From the NCBI GenBank assembly GCA_032249255.1, contig JAVVGE010000012.1, positions 7,321 to 31,320 of the forward strand: a stretch of 24,000 nucleotides of DNA, given 5' to 3'. This document shows, piece after piece, positions 9,076 to 17,368 of the stretch (the stretch's first letter is position 1; each line of letters begins with the position of its first letter). The translations under genes and the position numbers were made by a program. The notes beneath the pieces were generated by a model, which searched no databases, was not told the origin of the DNA, and saw only the letters and a program-made list of their open reading frames with translations. The stretch comes from Desulfurococcales archaeon (GTDB lineage Archaea; Thermoproteota; Thermoprotei_A; Sulfolobales; AG1).

Positions 9076-11060
9076 TAACACATGAGCCATCTGGATGCGG
9101 GATCCTCGGAGTGCTTAGGAAGAGATCTGCAGGGAAGATTAGGGGGTCAGAGGTTCTCAAGGCTATTGAAAGGGTTAGATATAGGGGGAGCGATAAGGGA
9201 GCTGGCTATGCTGTTTTCAATATAGATCCTGATTTAGGTGGAAATGGATATAGAGTTAAGATTTTTATTGATAACAGGAAAGCAGGCATAGAAGATATCA
9301 TAGAAACCCTGAAATCCCAGGGGTTCGAGATCAAGATTGGAAGGATAGAAAACCTCCGTGGCCCCATAAACTCCTGTGAGTTATTAATTAGAGCCAGCAA
9401 TAGTGCTAAGCTTATGAGAACCATAAGGAAGCTTAACCAAGCTCTGTGGGGACAGAGGCTAGGCAGGATCTATAGCTCCGGGAGATCTCTAGATGTGTTT
9501 AAGGGTGTGGGGTTCCCCATAGATGTCGCATCTATATATAATATAGAGAATATAGAGGGGGATATGTGGCTAGCCCACACAAGACAACCAACCAACTCTC
9601 CTGGTCACTATCCATACTGGTCTCACCCATTTGCCACAACAGATCTAGCTGTTGTGCATAATGGGGATCTAAGCTCTTTCGGGGCTAACATGGAGTTTCT
9701 ATCATCCCGTGGCTGGGGAGGCTTTGTGGGAACTGATAGCGAAGTTATAGCTATGATCTTTGAGGAGCTTTTATCAGATGGTTTAGAGATAGAGGATGCT
9801 ATAAGAATAATGATCGGTCTCTCTAGAGAAACCACTACCCCAGATCCTAGGATAGGCTATATATATAGAAACGCTAGGCTAGACGGCCCTTTCTCAGCTA
9901 TAATAGGCTATAACTCCGGCAATGATCTCTATATGATCGTAATAGCAGATAGATTTAAACTAAGACCAATAGTCCTGGGAGAGGATGATGAGAGAATATA
10001 TGCAGCAAGCGAGGAGAACGAGATTAGGGAGCTTAGCCCAAGAGCGAGGGTGTGGACGCTTAAGCCTGGGGAGTATTTCATAGCATCTCTCAAGAGAGGA
10101 GTTATTAGATATGGAAGACCTCTGGAAGAGATTAACACATTCTCCCCACCACCAGTGTTTGAGCCTAGGGGGGGATTCGATATAGATGCAAGATACATGG
10201 GTTATAGAGAGCTTAACAGAGAGATCGCAGAGAAAGCTCTTCGTAAGAGGGTTGTGAGGGTTGCTAATGTGATGGGACATAGATATATAGGTATGAACCT
10301 CCCGAGACTGGGAATAGAGGGGGTGAGGATCGAACTCTATGGTGTTGCTGGTAATTGCCTGGCTAATCTAAACAGATCCAATATCTTCTATGTCTACGGA
10401 AATGTCTCAGACGATTGTGGAGATACAATGCATGGTGGGAAAATAGTTATTACAGGAGATGCTAGGGACGTTCTTGCCCAAGCCCTCCAAGGAGGAAAGA
10501 TCTTTGTGGGAGGTAATGCGGGCAATAGAGTTGGTGTCCAGATGAGAGAGTATAGGGATAGAAGACCTTATCTAGTCATAGGCGGTAGAGTGGATAACTA
10601 TCTAGGCGAGTACATGGCTGGTGGCGTTATATTTGTTCTAAATACAAGAGGTCTCTCAGAGCCTACGGGCAGCTACGTGGGATCAGGAATGGTGGGAGGT
10701 AGAATATATATTAGGGGGAAGGTATCACCGTCTAGAATAGGGCTTCAACCACCTAGAACGGAGATTATTAGGTTTTTAAGGGCCATGATTATAGGGGGCT
10801 ATATCGATGAACACCTAGTGAAAGAGCTATCTGGGTTGGACTATATAGAGCTGATCAATAGACTCCCCGAAGATGCTACTAAATTTGCTAAAAAACTATA
10901 TGAGGAAAGGATTGGGATGCCCATGTATGAGTATAGAGAGCTGTCGGAGGAAGAAATAAAGGAGCTTCTCCCAGTTCTCAGAGAATACAGCGAGGATCTA
11001 GGATCAGATCATGTGGAGTACATAGGGGATAAATATACCGTTATTAAGCCCAGAAGATAG
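9072..11060 (+). CDS. Glutamate synthase GATase class-II domain fused to the GXGXG (beta-helix) domain (GltB1+GltB3-type)
   Basis: The N-terminus PSGCGILGV has the Ntn-Cys of class-II amidotransferases, and HTRQPTN/VVHNGDL motifs follow. The C-terminal half has repeated G.G.. turns typical of the GltB C-terminal domain ([32 protein letters not shown]...[15 protein letters not shown]...[22 protein letters not shown]). Confidence 0.85.
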   Translation: MITHEPSGCGILGVLRKRSAGKIRGSEVLKAIERVRYRGSDKGAGYAVFNIDPDLGGNGYRVKIFIDNRKAGIEDIIETLKSQGFEIKIGRIENLRGPINSCELLIRASNSAKLMRTIRKLNQALWGQRLGRIYSSGRSLDVFKGVGFPIDVASIYNIENIEGDMWLAHTRQPTNSPGHYPYWSHPFATTDLAVVHNGDLSSFGANMEFLSSRGWGGFVGTDSEVIAMIFEELLSDGLEIEDAIRIMIGLSRETTTPDPRIGYIYRNARLDGPFSAIIGYNSGNDLYMIVIADRFKLRPIVLGEDDERIYAASEENEIRELSPRARVWTLKPGEYFIASLKRGVIRYGRPLEEINTFSPPPVFEPRGGFDIDARYMGYRELNREIAEKALRKRVVRVANVMGHRYIGMNLPRLGIEGVRIELYGVAGNCLANLNRSNIFYVYGNVSDDCGDTMHGGKIVITGDARDVLAQALQGGKIFVGGNAGNRVGVQMREYRDRRPYLVIGGRVDNYLGEYMAGGVIFVLNTRGLSEPTGSYVGSGMVGGRIYIRGKVSPSRIGLQPPRTEIIRFLRAMIIGGYIDEHLVKELSGLDYIELINRLPEDATKFAKKLYEERIGMPMYEYRELSEEEIKELLPVLREYSEDLGSDHVEYIGDKYTVIKPRR

Positions 11061-11143
11061 AGTGATACTAGTATTTATTATTTTAGTTTTAATAATATAA
11101 ATTAGACCCGCTATATTTTATTTCGAGGCGCCATATAATATCG

Positions 11144-12442
11144 GTGAAGAGCACGAGCTCCAGAGTGGATAGGTTATTTGAAATAGTCGATGTAGACGCT
11201 TTACAGGTTCTCGACTCGAGGGGAGACCCAACTGTAGAAGCTATTGTAAGAACTAGGGGTGGGGTTGGAAGGGCGATAGCCCCTTCTGGGGCTTCTAAGA
11301 GTAGCTATGAGGCCTATGAGCTAAGAGATGGAGATGCGAAGATATATAAGGGAAGATCTGTTTTAACTGCTGTAGCGAATATTAAGAGATACATAGCACC
11401 CGCTCTCGAAGGACTAGATTCCAGGATGCAGAGATATATAGATAAAAGGATCTCGGATATTGATGGGACACCAAATAAGTCGAGACTAGGTGGAAACGCT
11501 ACTACAGCTGTGAGCCTAGCTGTTTTGAAGGCTGCATCAGATACTGCTGATATGCCTCTATTCACCTATATAGGCGGGCTCGAGGCAAGGGAGCTTCCGA
11601 TACCAATGATGAATCTTATAAATGGTGGTGCCCACGCAGGAAACGATCTATCGTTCCAGGAATTCCTGATAGTCCCCGCAGGTTTTGACAGCTTCTCAGA
11701 AGCTTTGAGGGCTGGTGTTGAGGTCTATAAAGTGCTCAAGGATCTGTTGAAAGAGGTATACGGAGCATCTAGCATCAATGTGGGCGATGAAGGGGGCTTC
11801 GCACCGCCTATGAAAAGCGTATACCAAGCTCTCGATATTCTTGTTAAAGCCGTATCAAGATGCGGCTACACAGCTGGGGGGGAGATATATCTAGCTATAG
11901 ATGTGGCTGCATCGCAGATATATAGAGAAGGGGTCTATAGAGTCGATGGTAAGGATATCTCGAGAGATGAGATGATAGATCTCTTAGTGGAGATTGCATC
12001 GAGATATCCGCTTCTATCCATAGAAGATCCGCTTGAGGAGAATGATTTCGATGGTTTCTCAATACTATCTCATAAGCTGAGGAACACGATCATAGTGGGC
12101 GATGATCTTCTCTCAACTAATATAGAGAGGCTCAAAAAGGCTCTAGAGAAGGGCTCGATAAAAGGGGCTATAATGAAGGTAAACCAAGCTGGAACATATT
12201 CCGAGGCCGCTGAATTCGCTAGAGAAGCTATGAGAAAAGGAGTTCTAGTAATTACGAGCCACCGGAGCGGGGATACGGAGGACACATCTATATCCCACAT
12301 AGCCGTAGGTCTAGGAACACCCCTTATAAAAACCGGCGCACCTGCGAGGGGTGAGAGGACCTCTAAATATAATGAGCTTCTGAGAATAGAGTACTACTTA
12401 GGTGGGGAAGCAAGATGCGCTAGAATCTTCAAAAGAATCTAG
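11144..12442 (+). CDS. eno: Enolase (phosphopyruvate hydratase)
   Basis: VLDSRGDPTVEA lies near the N-terminus, followed by SFQEFLIVP, GDEGGFAP, IEDPLEENDF, GDDL, MKVNQAGT and SHRSGDTED. The start codon is GTG. Confidence 0.95.
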   Translation: MKSTSSRVDRLFEIVDVDALQVLDSRGDPTVEAIVRTRGGVGRAIAPSGASKSSYEAYELRDGDAKIYKGRSVLTAVANIKRYIAPALEGLDSRMQRYIDKRISDIDGTPNKSRLGGNATTAVSLAVLKAASDTADMPLFTYIGGLEARELPIPMMNLINGGAHAGNDLSFQEFLIVPAGFDSFSEALRAGVEVYKVLKDLLKEVYGASSINVGDEGGFAPPMKSVYQALDILVKAVSRCGYTAGGEIYLAIDVAASQIYREGVYRVDGKDISRDEMIDLLVEIASRYPLLSIEDPLEENDFDGFSILSHKLRNTIIVGDDLLSTNIERLKKALEKGSIKGAIMKVNQAGTYSEAAEFAREAMRKGVLVITSHRSGDTEDTSISHIAVGLGTPLIKTGAPARGERTSKYNELLRIEYYLGGEARCARIFKRI

Positions 12443-12712
12443 AAGCAATCTTCTAAAAGGCTCTTAACCAAGGATTTAGCTTCCATGGGCTTGATATCAA
12501 AAGACACGACCCCCTCCCCCGGCTACACAGTTCCAAGCAGGGCTCTTTATCATCCCGCTATATCCTGATCTCGATAAGGCGATTGAGGGAGTCAGCCAGC
12601 TGGGCCTGCTCATCTATCGCCGCTTTTAACCCTCATCATATCTCTATAGAAGATATATGGGTGTGAGCTTATATATGGATCCCATATATAGCAAGATATT
12701 CGGGGTAGCAAT

Positions 12713-12952
12713 ATGTCCGTACCTTCGAGCTTTAATGATATGGTTAGAATAATGCTGGAAACACTGTCAAGTGCTAAAGGGGCTGTGTTCTTAGTGGGGC
12801 TATTTATAGTGGGTGCTGTGGTCATATCATATGCTATATATGGTGCATATAGATTTAGCGTTTTTGCGCTAAGATTAAAACCCCACTATTTCGGGTTAAT
12901 GATGTTTCTTCTCGGTTTCTCCCTGATCCTTATATCTATGCTATTCCCATAG
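12713..12952 (+). CDS. Small hypothetical membrane protein (2 predicted TM helices)
   Basis: 79-aa ORF with two clear hydrophobic stretches (AVFLVGLFIVGAVVISYAIYGAY; FGLMMFLLGFSLILISMLF) and an AT-rich box upstream. I recognise no family. Confidence 0.45.
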   Translation: MSVPSSFNDMVRIMLETLSSAKGAVFLVGLFIVGAVVISYAIYGAYRFSVFALRLKPHYFGLMMFLLGFSLILISMLFP

Positions 12953-12998
12953 CTCTTCTCGGAGAAAGCTAATATACCCTTAATTCTATTTAATCTGT

Positions 12999-13307
12999 GT
13001 GTCTAGTTTGTCTGATGAGGGGCTGAGAAGGCTAGTAAAAGAGGATCTTTTATCGATGATTATAGATGCTGGGCTTCTTGAGGAATTCATAGGATGGTTG
13101 AGAAGGAAGATGGGAGGGCATATAGATCCTGTAAAGATCGATAATATAGAGATAAGATATATGGTTGAGTTTCTAAGAGAGAAGAACCTTCTCTCCAGCG
13201 ACCCGATCCCAATGGATCTCGATGTAGATGATAAGCTTGAAAAGGAGGTTGAGAGATCTATGAGGAATGCGGGTGAGAGAAGAACTAGGAGGTATAAACC
13301 CACATAG
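12999..13307 (+). CDS. Hypothetical small charged protein
   Basis: 102 aa with balanced, non-repetitive composition (MSSLSDEGLRRLVKEDLLSMIIDAGLLEEFIGWLRRK...). The antisense ORF 12986..13303 is S/L-rich low complexity and less credible. GTG start. The 3' end overlaps the cysS 3' end convergently by 23 nt. Confidence 0.5.
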   Translation: MSSLSDEGLRRLVKEDLLSMIIDAGLLEEFIGWLRRKMGGHIDPVKIDNIEIRYMVEFLREKNLLSSDPIPMDLDVDDKLEKEVERSMRNAGERRTRRYKPT

Positions 13308-14718
13308 TTTTGTCCTTGGTATCGATCAGCTTTATCCCTGTTCTCATAAGCTGTTCCCTGATCCAGTCCGCCTCGTCATACATTTTCCTCTGCCTTAATC
13401 TATGTCTAATTTCTACTATCAGTTTCACCAGATCCTCGGGATCTATTTTCAGTGCAACCGAAGGCGTTTCCCTCCTTGGGAGGATGTCTATCACTCTATC
13501 CATCATCTCGAGGATCGATAGTGCCTTAAGTGCTAAGGAACCCCTTTCCCTTGCTACTATCTCGCCCCCTGCTATAGATAACAGTTCGTGAAGGTATGCA
13601 ATAGCCTTCGGGGTATCTAGATCGTCTTCTAGGGCTGAGACATAGCCGATCCATATTTCTGATAGTCTTTTCCATATCTCTAGATCTCTCTCTTCAAGCC
13701 TGTGCTCGACACCCCTTTCCTCAACAATTTTTCTGAGAACCTGGTATACCTCAAGGATCTTCTTATATACATTTTTAGCCTGCTCAAGGGACTCCTCTTT
13801 ATACTCTAAACTCCTCCTATAATTCGCTGAGAATATCCATAGCCTGATCACCTCTGCTCTCCATCTAGATATAGCTTCCCTGAGAGTCACTATGTTTCCC
13901 AGACTCTTGCTCATCTTCTCCCCAGAGATCGTTAAGTATCCCACGTGGAACCAGTACCTAACCCATGGGGATCTCCTAAAAAGAGCCTCACTCTGGGCCC
14001 TCTCGTTCTCGTGGTGAGGGAACACCAGGTCCTGACCGCCTCCGTGGATATCTATCTCACTGCCTAGGTATTTTGAGCTCATCACACTGCACTCAATATG
14101 CCATCCAGGCCTTCCGGGCCCCCAGGGGGATTCCCAATACGGCTCCCCCGGTTTCGCGGCTTTCCAGAGGGCGAAGTCGAAAGGGTTTCTCTTTTCCTCT
14201 AGGAACTCCTCTTCCTGTCTCCACTCCTCGCTTTTCCCTCTTCCACTCAGTCTCCCATAGTCTGGGTATGTTGATACATCGAAATACACAGATCCGCTTT
14301 TAGCTATGTAGGCATGGCCCCTCTCTAATAGCCCCTGGATGAAGCTTATTATATCTTCAATGTGGTCCGTGACCCTTGGATGAAGATCTATCGATATCCT
14401 CATAGCCTTTAGCAAGTCTAGATACTCTCTAGTATATAGATCCGCCAACTCCCTCCAAGAAATACCACTCTCCCGAGCCCTGCCTATGATCTTATCATCT
14501 ATATCGGTTATATTTTGAACATGAAAGACATTATAGCCCTTAAGAATTAATGTCTTCTTCAGAATATCGAATGCCACATAGGCCCTCGCATGCCCCACAT
14601 GAATATGATCATAGGGTGTGGGTCCGCAAAAATAGGCCTTAACATAGCCAGGTCTAGAGGGGGAGAACTCCTCCACAGCTTTGCTTAGAGTATTATAGAT
14701 CCTCAAAATAGTCTCCAC
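13285..14718 (-). CDS. cysS: Cysteinyl-tRNA synthetase
   Basis: Class-I motifs HVGHARAY (HIGH) and KMSKSLGN (KMSKS) are present, together with GWHIEC. GTG start, with an AT-rich box (AAATAATATT) about 30 nt upstream. Confidence 0.95.
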   Translation of the reverse strand: METILRIYNTLSKAVEEFSPSRPGYVKAYFCGPTPYDHIHVGHARAYVAFDILKKTLILKGYNVFHVQNITDIDDKIIGRARESGISWRELADLYTREYLDLLKAMRISIDLHPRVTDHIEDIISFIQGLLERGHAYIAKSGSVYFDVSTYPDYGRLSGRGKSEEWRQEEEFLEEKRNPFDFALWKAAKPGEPYWESPWGPGRPGWHIECSVMSSKYLGSEIDIHGGGQDLVFPHHENERAQSEALFRRSPWVRYWFHVGYLTISGEKMSKSLGNIVTLREAISRWRAEVIRLWIFSANYRRSLEYKEESLEQAKNVYKKILEVYQVLRKIVEERGVEHRLEERDLEIWKRLSEIWIGYVSALEDDLDTPKAIAYLHELLSIAGGEIVARERGSLALKALSILEMMDRVIDILPRRETPSVALKIDPEDLVKLIVEIRHRLRQRKMYDEADWIREQLMRTGIKLIDTKDKTMWVYTS

Positions 14719-14878
14719 TTATAACTTAGAGGCTCAGAGGCTAATATTATTTCCAGCTAGATTTCCTCAGAAGAAACCTCAATATTAAAGAGAGCAAATG
14801 ACCCCCCGCTCTTAAGGGCTGTATTCTTTTTCATGATAGTAGAAATCTTTTTATATTTTTTCATTATTAATTAAATGG

Positions 14879-16475
14879 TTGGGGTGGAGGTTTAGAACAA
14901 AGAGATGTCTAGGGATAATGGCTAAGAGGATGGAAAAGAGGGATAAGAAGTGGATTTGGGTTGCAAAGCCAGGAGATAAGATAGTTGTTAGTAGAACCGC
15001 TGTTCTGCCCTCAAAGAAGTTATCTAGGAGAGAATTCAGGGCATTGGAAGAGATCGTGAATATATATAGCAAGATGCTTGGAGATGTGCTTCCCCACGCA
15101 TCTAGGAATATAATTGGGAATTACTATAGGCTTGAGAATGGGGAGTATCGAGAGCTAAGGAGTATCTATCTAGATATCCCATCCCACTATGTTCACAGAG
15201 TATGCCAGGATGCTGTTGAAAGGGTTTCCTCTCTTAGGAGGAACAGGGCTAGGCAATACTCTTGGAAGATCTTCGATGAGCTTATTAAGCATCTAGGTCT
15301 AGGGAAAAGGGATCTTAGGGACAGGAGGATCAGGAGACATCTCTGGAGGAGATCTTAGGAGATCGCTCAGTATCAGGTAGAATGAGATGAGTAATGGAAT
15401 ACTAGTGCCTGGGATCAATAGTGTTAGTCTATGGCTAGTTGATGACCATGCTTGGAAACCAGTAAACCCTACGAAGATCAATATAAATGGCGTTGAGAAC
15501 ACTTTCTTCACAAGTGTTGCTATCAATACCAATAGGGGCTGGGTGCACCTCGATCTAGAGCCTTCTAAGGAGTTCTACAAGCTTTTGGCCAAGGGTTTTA
15601 AGCCGACATCCTAAGCTAAGATTAAGCTTGATAGGAGGAGTAGGAGGGTAGCTTTCCACCTATCCCTCGAGAAGGAGGTCGAGATCTACAGCCCAGAGAA
15701 TATGAAGTTTGTTAATGTTAATGAGAACTCTGTAGCAACTCTCTACGAGGCATTCGCAGTAATCCTAGAAACAGATCTTGCCAGGACAACACTGGGCTAT
15801 AGCTATAGGAGAGAGAGTATTCAGAGGAGATATGGATCCGATAGTAGAGAGACTAGGAAGGCTATGAAAAAGCTTAGAGAGAGAAAGAAGAAGAGGGACT
15901 ATAGGTGGAAGACAGCAAACCTAATAGTAAGGGACGCTCTGAGGACTAGGGGTGTTATAGTTATTGAGAGGATCTCAGGGGATGATATAAGGGTTATGAT
16001 CGCTAGGTATAGGAATAAGCAGCTGAGGCACAGGATATATCAGAGTGCATTGAAGGGTGAGCTGAACGCGATAATAGATAAGGCTAGAGAGTACGGTGTG
16101 CCGGTATTGATGGTAGATCCTAGGAACACTTCGAAGATCTGCCCTATACACAATGCCTTGATAGAGTATGGGGAAGATAGGATAGGTGTCTGTAGCAAAG
16201 GTGGTGAGAGATGGCATAGAGAGGTAGTTGCCTTGATTAATATTTATCTTAAGGCCCTCGAAGCCCTTTATGAGGGCAATGTCCAGAAGGGCTTCGGGGT
16301 TCCAAGTATAGATGGAAGCCCCTTTCCGCTGTGCTCCACAGCCACCGGTGAGCCCATAGAGATCCATAGATCTCTGTGGGGGAGGTGGAAGTCCCCCGAT
16401 GCCACAGGGCTAGAAACCCTGTGGATCAAGAGGCAAAGCAATCCAAAACAAATGAATATCAGTGATAATCAATGA
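14879..16475 (+). pseudogene. tnpB: tnpB (OrfB) disrupted by a frame change near 15356-15386 and an in-frame TAA at 15612-15614
   Basis: Three collinear ORFs (14879..15358, 15387..15614, 15702..16475) together give a TnpB layout. The N-terminal helical part is RTAVLPSKKLSRREFRALEE...LDIPSHYVHRVCQDAVE. It is followed by a RuvC-I-like VNVNENS, RuvC-II VIVIE, VDPRNTSKICP, a degenerate zinc-finger region, and HREVVALINI. Confidence 0.8.
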
Positions 16476-16493
16476 TCATCGGGGGACAAGCGG
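16253..16493 (+). ncRNA. Candidate TnpB guide-RNA (omega/reRNA-type) scaffold overlapping the tnpB 3' end
   Basis: The position (last ~220 nt of tnpB plus the right end) is where omega-RNAs are encoded in characterised TnpB elements. There is a nested hairpin at 16259-16296 with covariation versus the copy at 17563-17603, and a further stem CCACAGGG-N7-CCCTGTGG at 16402-16424. The whole module is kept in the miniature derivative E3. The RNA ends and its expression are unknown. Confidence 0.4.
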
Positions 16494-16744
16494 CAAGGCC
16501 TATCCTCTATTTAAGGTCATAAAGATCATAATGAAGACTTTAACCCCTTCACGCTATGTGAGAGATACTCTCGCTCTCAAGCTTGGGTTCTATGCTGGGA
16601 TTTAAAATGTTATTAAGTCGGGCACACATGGTATCCAGGGATCTTTTCCGGCCATCAATTAAGAGGCAAGAATCCCAAGATATTTAGCTGATATTTAGCT
16701 AGGAGCATAGCCTCGGCACTTATTTTGCTCCTAAACTGGTATTC

Positions 16745-17320
16745 ATGGGAAGCGCTTTGGGATTCAGGCTCGAGGATCTGGTTCCCATTTTTAAGTGGCT
16801 CTCTAGTCTAGGCCTAGGCTTCGTCATTATTGGAGATACATGTATCTACTACACTATCGGTAGGAGGGTTTTTGAAGGAGACGTTGATCTCTATATCTAT
16901 GAAGGCTCGCTCATCTCAGTCGAGGGAGATATAATTTCTCATGCTGATGAGGTCGGCTGGGATCTAGGTTCCACATGGCTCGGCACCCCATCTCTAGTCG
17001 TGAGAGTTGGTTCTGAAGAGGTCTCCCTCGATCTATATGAGGCTGTCCATGATTTCTACGTTCCGTGGGAGTTTCTGGAGAGCCCCAGGGTTGTGGATAT
17101 CTCCGGATACCCTCTCAGAATGCTTTCTCCTGAGCAGCATATAGTGCTTAAGGCTAGATCTGGTTCTGAGGGTATCGATGAAGAGCTCCACGAGTATGTG
17201 GATCTATATGAATCCGGGGATCTCAAGATCTCCATCCATGAACTTAAGAAGCTCGCATCATTCTTCGAGGACCAGAGAATAATATTGTCTAGACTCAGAA
17301 ATGCTGGTTTCCCTCTTTGA
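16745..17320 (+). CDS. Putative nucleotidyltransferase-fold protein (Pol-beta superfamily, MNT/AbiEii-like)
   Basis: 191 aa. VIIGDTCIYYTIGRRVFEGDVDLYIY fits the hG[GS]-x(9-14)-DhDh minimal NTase pattern. The C-terminal half is helical (LSPEQHIVLKARSGSEG...). No HEPN-like or other partner ORF is adjacent. Confidence 0.5.
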   Translation: MGSALGFRLEDLVPIFKWLSSLGLGFVIIGDTCIYYTIGRRVFEGDVDLYIYEGSLISVEGDIISHADEVGWDLGSTWLGTPSLVVRVGSEEVSLDLYEAVHDFYVPWEFLESPRVVDISGYPLRMLSPEQHIVLKARSGSEGIDEELHEYVDLYESGDLKISIHELKKLASFFEDQRIILSRLRNAGFPL

Positions 17321-17326
17321 CAGCTC

Positions 17327-17368
17327 GCCCTCACCAAGGGGCTAACACCTGGGACCGGGTAATAGAAA
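17327..17368 (+). repeat. Isolated family-B right-end fragment, joined tail-to-tail to the E3 right end
   Basis: GCCCTCACCAAGGGGCTAACACCTGGGACCGGGTAATAGAAA aligns with the element-sense termini of E1 (reverse complement of 2649-2690) and E2 (reverse complement of 6411-6452). Confidence 0.5.

Larger units (their letters stand above)
14785..16514 (+). mobile_element. tnpB-only insertion sequence (IS200/IS605/IS607-superfamily OrfB type), family A, ~1.73 kb, with imperfect inverted termini
   Basis: It contains the complete but disrupted tnpB. The left-end module at 14785-14861 recurs in E0-E3. The reverse complement of 16481-16514 (TTAAATAGAGGATAGGCCTTGCCGCTTGTCCCCC) aligns with the left end 14785-14818. 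Confidence 0.7.

Noticed and set aside
9206-10280. Antisense ORFs inside the GATase/GXGXG gene (9206..9424, 9623..9835, 9929..10198, 9960..10280)
   Set aside because: They are shadow ORFs opposite a well-supported CDS, with biased composition.
12986-13303. 105-aa minus-strand ORF opposite ORF 12999..13307
   Set aside because: It has a Ser/Leu/Ile-rich low-complexity sequence, while the plus-strand partner has a balanced, protein-like composition. Only one of the two can be real.
14851-16367. Minus-strand ORFs within the tnpB element (14851..15072, 15299..15532, 15975..16367)
   Set aside because: They are antisense to tnpB-homologous coding sequence, with no motifs. They are shadow ORFs.
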